A DNA stretch of 64,000 nucleotides, taken from assembly GCF_009914755.1 (NCBI RefSeq), contig NC_060940.1; one strand, given 5' to 3'. The translations under genes and the position numbers were made by a program. Source of the DNA: the human T2T-CHM13v2.0 reference genome, Homo sapiens. The notes beneath the pieces were generated by a model. It saw nothing but the letters and a program-made list of their open reading frames with translations, did not search any database and was not told where the DNA came from. This document shows, one piece after another, positions 56,144-64,000 of this stretch; the first letter of the stretch is position 1, and the number at the start of each line of letters is the position of its first letter.

Positions 56144-56970
56144 TACAGTGTATCATTTTTAACAGTTATTCCTTGCAAGAAGCTCAAAGCATAAATACAT
56201 TAATAGCTCTATTCCCATACCATTCCTTGAGAGAGGAAAAAGAAGCTGGGTTAATGGCCCTCTTTGAAGAAGGGAAAAATAAGGTCCAGAGAGGTCAATT
56301 ATTGCAAATAAAAAATCAGTCAGTTGGCCAGCCCCTAACTCCAGCACAGAGCTGCAGGAGGCTGAGGGCAGGAGCTGCTGATTTCAGGAGAGAGTGGTTT
56401 GCAGAGTGGGTGTGGTGCCGGAGCACAGGAGCACCTCTTCTGGGGAACTAGGAAAGCTACTGGACCTTTAAGTGGTTTATTAAATGATGTCAGATTTCGT
56501 CTTTACTGTCTACCTTAAGAGCAGGAGGCAGCTCAGGAGAGCTCCTGGGTGGGGTTTTTCTAATGTATTATCACACACACAGGTAGCCACCTGGCGCTGG
56601 GGAGAACAAAGCAGCCTGCTCTGCACTCCCAGAGTCTCTAGAGCCACCCCCACCACACACACACACCTTCACTGGACCACACACCACCTTCAAAACTTCA
56701 AAACTTGGCGACCATGTTAATCCTAGAGAAAGGCCAGCCTGAAAATAGGCTGTCTATGAAGAGAAGCGAATGGGAATGCTAATGTTTCAGAGACCTGAGG
56801 TTTTTGCTGTTCCAAGATTTCAAAGGACAGGTGCTAAGTTGTGTGTCTTTCTCTGTGGACAAGACCAGGGCGGTGTGATAGACAGAGTAATGGGGACTCC
56901 ATTCCCCAAAAGAGAGCAGCTCAGACCCCTCATGAGTCTCTAGAGACTATCCTTCCCCATCCTTTGGGTG

Positions 56971-56980
56971 GGGAAATCCC
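56971..56980 (+). promoter_or_regulatory. Consensus NF-kB motif GGGAAATCCC (motif only)
   Basis: Exact match within GGGGAAATCCCC in unique sequence. Confidence 0.3.
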
Positions 56981-57271
56981 CACAGTGCAGAAGTTCTGTC
57001 CTTTAGAAAACAAAGTGAATCCAAGTTGTTTTGACAGTTCTGTCCTCCTACAGACAAGGGCTGGCTGGGTTTTTCCCAGTTCTGGAAAAAGGCAGACAGC
57101 AAACTGAGTGAACAAAACGGTTGTTGAAATCTAATTCCAGGTGTATCGGAGAGACCTGGGGACTCATCTCGTCCATCTGATCCTGTTCCTCTGTTTCTCC
57201 CCGGCTCTCCTTCCTAATTTCCAGCTCAAATCCACATCCTTCCTTCTTTTATTTTGTTCCTTCTGGCTTGA

Positions 57272-57627
<356 letters not shown>

Positions 57628-57786
57628 TAAACAGGTGCCAACACCGTGGCAGGCCTGGTGCTGGAGGAAAATGGACAGACACTCTTCTTACGTGCTCTAG
57701 AGCTCACCGCCTGACTGGCTGGCTCTTGACTGGCCTCTCGGTGCCAGAAATGCACTTGTAAGTCTCCGCTGAGGAGAACCCTCGGG

Positions 57787-57935
57787 CTGTGTTCTCAACC
57801 CTGGATGCAGAATAGAATTGCCTGGGGAATTTTTTTTTTTTTTAATCAAGCCTGGGGTCCACCCCCAGTGATTCTGATTAAATTGATCTGGGATGGGTTC
57901 CAGGCATTCATGATTTTTAAAAGCTCTACAGGTTT
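57787..57935. mobile_element. MER5-like hAT-Charlie MITE
   Basis: gttctcaaccctggatgcagaatagaattgcctgggga...gattctgattaaattgatctgggatgg...tttttaaaagctct. Confidence 0.75.
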
Positions 57936-58248
57936 TCAAAGTCTACTGTGCAACACCCTGCCAGACATGGGAATCACTACATTGGCTTATCTGATGAGAA
58001 AAGAAAATCAGGGAGTGGGGGTCCTAGCCAAAAAAAAAAAATTAACTGCTGCAAGTAGGACATATTTTGGCAGGGGGTCCCCTCCAACAAAGGCACCGAT
58101 GGGAATGGCCCCTACCCTCAGCTTCGCTCTAACTGCTTTTATAAAGGGTCTAACTTTGGACCTCCTGTGTGACAGTGACTAATGATGTCTTTCATCAAGA
58201 AAGAAGACAAAGCAGAAGTGCCAGCACAATTAAGAATTGTGGGGCCAT

Positions 58249-59776
<1,528 letters not shown>

Positions 59777-59951
59777 GAGCCAAACAAATTCGGAACAAGC
59801 TTACCTTAAGTGTAGACAGGGATTGTGTTCCACCACTCTGGGAAGGAGTGTGCACTTGTGTGTCCATTTTGTGTCACGTAACTACATGTGTGTGGTGCAG
59901 ACACTTGCGTGGGAGTAGGCTTACAATGCGCACAGGAGAGAACCTCTCCCT

Positions 59952-59961
59952 GGGACTTCCC
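59952..59961 (+). promoter_or_regulatory. Consensus NF-kB motif GGGACTTCCC (motif only)
   Basis: Exact match; near-match GGGGAATCCT ~80 bp downstream. Confidence 0.3.
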
Positions 59962-60417
59962 TGGGTGGGAGGACATTGCTGCTGACATCACCAGGCTTGG
60001 AAATCCTTTCTTCAGGGAAAAGCCTCCTTCTAGGGGAATCCTAGAGCCGTATTTAGCATGTGCCTCCCCCTCTTGCCCAGGACCACTGTGGTCCTCAATG
60101 AGGAGGTGAGTGTGGACTGCCCCAGCTGGGGTGTGCCAGCCAAGCCATGTGCCTTTTTATAATTCCCTCAAAGGTGCCCAAAGAGCTGGCATAGCTCTGC
60201 AGACTCCGCCTTTCCCTGCTACATTCTCTCAAAGGAACAGTGGGAGGAATTTACATAAAGGAAATCACTCTGGTTTTGGCTACCACTAATCCTAAATCCT
60301 GGCCCTCCCACTTTATTTACTGCTTTCACTGTAAACTGAGGTTGTGAAACCTTTTTCACATGAATCCATGTATGATAGAGACTGCACCCCACCCTGCCCG
60401 GGCTTATAAGGAAATCC

Positions 60418-61941
<1,524 letters not shown>

Positions 61942-63289
61942 TAATTCATACGATTTTAAAGAAAACAACAACATAAATGCAGGTATGCATACATAACGAT
62001 TGTGTCTCCTGTTCGTTACTTAACACTGCATCGTAGGTGTCTGGAGTATTCCTCCATTGTCCTCATGAACGTGTTTTTTTAGTAGCTGCACAATATTCCA
62101 CTAAAAAGATAAGTGTTGAAAATTGCCTTCTGGGTTTTTTTTTTTTTCTACACTCACCTAGGGGAGGGAGAGAAAAGAAAGATGGCTGGGAAGAGCTTTT
62201 TCTGTTTAGGATTCTGAGAAAAGCATCTCCAGGTCTGATTTGATATTCGGTTATCGGTCTAGTGTGCCCCTCCTAATCCTGACCTTCAAGCCAGCATAAA
62301 AGAACCTGGCCCCTTAGCAGGGGCTGACCGCTTTGCCTCCAGCAGAGCAGAGGCCCCTTAATTTGAAATGAAACGATTCTTCCATCAAAGGAGAGGGAGA
62401 CTGGAGTTAAAATCGAACCATTCTAACGGCAGCACAGGAAAGTCCTTAAGCCTGCTTCTTCAAACATAGCACCTGGAAATGGTCCTGATTACACAGTGCT
62501 TGTCAGTAAGAGGGGAAAGTTATGAAAGAATAACTTTGTTTGGTGGTAGCTGCCTTGCTGTAGTCAAGGCACACACTTTCCACTTTGAATTATGTATTAA
62601 CTAGCATTGCAGCTGAAGCCGCCTTGAAGAGAAAGCCCTGTTTGGGCAGCTGCGGGAACATAACCTGCTACTATTCGGGAGCCATTTTCAGTTCGCCCTC
62701 CTTAGCTTCAAGAGGTTTTCATGGTGGTCAGCCCAGGGAAAGTGGATGGGGATGAAACTTGGAGGGTTGGAGGCAGCCTGGGTAGCTTGGCTGCCATCCT
62801 CCATTCTGTTTTGCTTTGCTGGAAGTGATGGGCTGGATGCCAGGGAGGAGCAGTGAAGCGTTAAGGGCAGAGGGTGAGGGGGCAGCCTATAGAGCTTGGA
62901 TGCCCCTCCTCCCGCCTCCCCTGCTCAAGCCACTCACTAGGAGACAGCGGAGCAGAACCGTGGGACGATGGAGCACCTGGGTCCTGGCAAGGTTGCTCTG
63001 CAGCTTCCGGCACTGGTGATGACAGAGAGGTTACGGGTGCAGGATATTTGAGCATTTCGTGAGTTTGGATTTGGAATTTCATTGAAAGGTGAAATCTTTG
63101 TGGAACTGTCAGCTTCAGTTACCTCCAACCTGCTAAAGCTTTGAGAAAGGCCCCTTGAACTCTCTGCACCGTCGAGTACTTTTCTCTTGGTTATGCCTCC
63201 AGTGTTGGAGGATTATTCCTGGCGTGCAAGGCACTCATTTAGGATTATTCCTTGTCACTGCCTGTGCTCACCTCCACCTCCAGAAGGCA

Positions 63290-64000
<711 letters not shown>

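Overview
Primate (almost certainly human) genomic DNA, extremely Alu-rich: about 100 Alu copies or fragments by hand count, roughly 40-45% of the window. It holds the 3' end of TANGO6 (TMCO7, Rtp1-family HEAT-repeat protein) on the + strand: a 114-nt internal coding exon (2606-2719), a ~43-kb last intron, and the terminal exon (CDS 45802-45978, 3'UTR to the poly(A) signal at 47467). The remaining ~16.5 kb is intergenic; from recalled gene order on 16q22.1 it lies just upstream of HAS3, but no HAS3 sequence is visible. Other repeats are two MER41-family solo LTRs, a MER45-family DNA transposon hosting nested insertions, MLT1, L1M, L2, MIR, MER5, MER94-like and Tigger2-like fragments, and microsatellites. 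Nearly all ORFs in the supplied track are Alu/L1 read-throughs or chance ORFs. I find no support for a new gene system. The noteworthy signals are smaller: Alus sharing rare variants (local gene conversion), repeatedly reused insertion sites, a possibly retrotransposed DNA-transposon fragment, template-switch scars, a recursive-splice-like exon start, and candidate NF-kB/STAT/AP-1 enhancers. Repeat family names are from memory of consensus sequences, and repeat boundaries are approximate.
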